DNA from: Candidatus Woesearchaeota archaeon
GTDB taxonomy: Archaea; Nanobdellota; Nanobdellia; Woesearchaeales; UBA12501
DNA length: 64,000 nucleotides
Direction of reading: 5' to 3'
Assembly: GCA_030651375.1 (NCBI GenBank)
Contig: JAUSFM010000006.1
Coordinates: 12,646 to 76,645, forward strand
Shown: piece after piece, positions 62,622 to 64,000 of the stretch
Layout of the letters: every line of letters begins with the position of its first letter
Numbering within the stretch: the stretch's first letter is position 1
Notes under the pieces: generated by a model
What the model saw: the letters and a program-made list of their open reading frames with translations, nothing else
The model's database searches: none
What the model was told of the DNA's origin: nothing
Position numbers and translations under genes: made by a program

Positions 62622-63086
62622 TTATCTTCTCTCCCGATTATCATACGTATATTTCTGCACCAGCGTCCCCAGTTCATTGGACAAATACGCAGTATCTTTA
62701 TCATTGTTCCAGATCGGCTTGCCCGGGCTTCGCCAGTATGCGTCATGCGCTGAATCAGCTCCTGCGCCGGACCGAAGGCACACGATTTTTTCTATGTCGA
62801 GTGTGCGCGAAGGAAAGGTGTACCGATTTCCATCATCGTCGCGGACACTCCATCCGGTGATATCTATTTCCCTGTTGCAGCCGTTTTCAAGAACCACAAA
62901 TTCATCATTCAGGTTCTGGTTGTCTCTGCCGTGTGCATCGTACTGCACGCGGGCAACATAGACACAGGTGTTGACTACTGGCTGTTGCACGCCGCACCCG
63001 CTGACCGCGAGTGTGGCAGCGAGAAGCCCTTTTCCAATACTGTTTTTGATATGCGCAGCGAGGCCCGAGACTGTTTGTTGTGTCAT
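62622..63086 (-). CDS. Lamin-tail-domain (LTD) lipoprotein
   Basis: Lipobox-like LAVSGC. The LTD-like pattern is DEFVVLENGCNREIDITGWSVRDDDGNRYTFP...IWNNDKDTAYL. Confidence 0.6.
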   Translation of the reverse strand: MTQQTVSGLAAHIKNSIGKGLLAATLAVSGCGVQQPVVNTCVYVARVQYDAHGRDNQNLNDEFVVLENGCNREIDITGWSVRDDDGNRYTFPSRTLDIEKIVCLRSGAGADSAHDAYWRSPGKPIWNNDKDTAYLSNELGTLVQKYTYDNRERR

Positions 63087-63150
63087 CTCGACACCTCCGT
63101 TTTCAAAAAGAGAAGATGCACGCCTTAATAAGCGCTCCGGCGAAAAATTC

Positions 63151-63210
63151 GGACGATTTCCGGCAGCACCGGAAGGTTTCCGGATACGGCGGAATATTTC
63201 CGAAAACCGC
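63151..63210. promoter_or_regulatory. Three 20-bp-phased palindromic sites GGAA-N3-TTCC upstream of the LTD gene (weaker phased CCGG cores extend over 63131-63250)
   Basis: GGACGATTTCC (63151), GGAAGGTTTCC (63171) and GGAATATTTCC (63191). CCGG/CCGA cores lie near 63140, 63160, 63180, 63200, 63220 and 63240. Confidence 0.5.
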
Positions 63211-63272
63211 GAACAAATCCGGAAAGTATTCGGCTGTGCCGGAACGGGATTTTTTTATCGACGACAGAATTT

Positions 63273-63998
63273 TTATGCCGCGCGGCGCAAACTCTGCATA
63301 AACTCTCGTGTTGCCTTGTTGACGGTATCGCGATGTTCCGGCGGGCTAAACACAACGAAGAAATAGCGTGCTTCCGGCTTGCACAGTTCCGCGTACACAT
63401 CCTGCGCGCGGCGGTCATAAAACGGCGCGGTGCCGTCAAGCAGGTCAATAAGCGGGGTTACGTTGGTCACTCCCCCTCCCTGTTTTGCATACACCAACAA
63501 ATCCATCTTCTTTCGGTACTCATCGTTGGTTCGGGTTTTGACTGGGAACATGACCAGTACTTCATGGTTGGGAACACCGCTTCGTGCGGCTATTTCGTCA
63601 CGAATCACGTCTTCAGGAAATGGCACGTTCTGTGCTTGTTGTGCTGCTGCATAATTCTGCAATACAGTAAAATTGATCGTTTCCTCATCGTCATTCGTTC
63701 CTGTTAACATAGTTCGCATTCGATGGGACTGCAGAGTATACGCCATGGCGTACTTGAAGGGCCTTCCAAATGAGACATCCAGTGCGAGTTGCGCGCTTAT
63801 CGGATCATATTGTGTCAACAGCTCCAGCAGTTTGCTGTCAGTCAGTAGGTGAATCTCAATATCATTTTCGCGAAAGTAGCGCATACTTCGCTTCACTGCC
63901 TCGCACAGCATTGCTTCGAACTTCAATGTTGTTTTGTGCTTGTAGACATTATAATGCATGTACTTCCGCGCCGCTACCCATCGCGCGAGCGTGTCCAA
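63273..63998 (-). CDS. HD-domain dNTP triphosphohydrolase-like protein, C-terminal part; N-terminus beyond right edge
   Basis: HYNVYKHKTTLKFEAMLCEAVKRS resembles the post-HD helix of the dGTPase/SAMHD1 family. The reading frame stays open to the window end. Confidence 0.5.
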   Translation of the reverse strand: MDTLARWVAARKYMHYNVYKHKTTLKFEAMLCEAVKRSMRYFRENDIEIHLLTDSKLLELLTQYDPISAQLALDVSFGRPFKYAMAYTLQSHRMRTMLTGTNDDEETINFTVLQNYAAAQQAQNVPFPEDVIRDEIAARSGVPNHEVLVMFPVKTRTNDEYRKKMDLLVYAKQGGGVTNVTPLIDLLDGTAPFYDRRAQDVYAELCKPEARYFFVVFSPPEHRDTVNKATREFMQSLRRAA

Positions 63999-64000
63999 GG

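Overview
Archaeal chromosomal segment. The evidence is eL19/eL32/eS4/aSUI1, a PriS-type primase, Hef, RPA, Rpp30, an archaeal-type SRP RNA and TATA-box promoters. Gene fusions and gene content suggest a DPANN-like lineage, which is inference only. (i) 1-14.2 kb holds a complete minus-strand ribosomal-protein superoperon (uL3 to uL15, then secY and the start of a DUF106 insertase). (ii) 14.5-28 kb holds housekeeping and replication genes: a Tat-signal JAMM-like protein, tRNA-Arg, a 2OG oxygenase, a fused PriS-PriL primase, a Toprim protein, HtpX, MsrA, MATE, Hef and RPA. This block is interrupted at 24.65-25.11 kb by a 0.5-kb non-coding island. The island contains an atypical type-II tRNA-like gene with a 30-nt T-loop insertion, two promoter-bearing short units antisense to that tRNA, and ORB-like repeats with G-strings. 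(iii) 28.1-55.5 kb is the stand-out region. About 27 kb of minus-strand genes, in two blocks, encode at least 17 proteins with class-III (type IV prepilin-like) signal peptides. These include five paralogous six-cysteine mini-pilins. Three giant Cys-rich surface proteins (1021, 2124 and 1195 aa) are interleaved, one carrying an N-terminal cupredoxin domain. No pilus ATPase, platform protein or prepilin peptidase is present in the window. I recognise none of the mature domains, so this is my best candidate for an undescribed surface filament/adhesion system. (iv) 55.5-64 kb holds Rpp30, a PP-loop tRNA-thiolation ATPase, a 1084-aa multi-pass surface protein, a roughly 30% tyrosine secreted protein, a canonical tRNA-Leu(CAG), SRP RNA, CsaA and an LMW-PTP. 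It also holds a second atypical tRNA-like gene with its own antisense mini-unit, a lamin-tail lipoprotein preceded by 20-bp-phased palindromic operators, and a partial HD-domain dNTPase. Many ORF-track entries antisense to these genes are judged spurious. Several starts were moved to internal ATGs using neighbour-gene stops.
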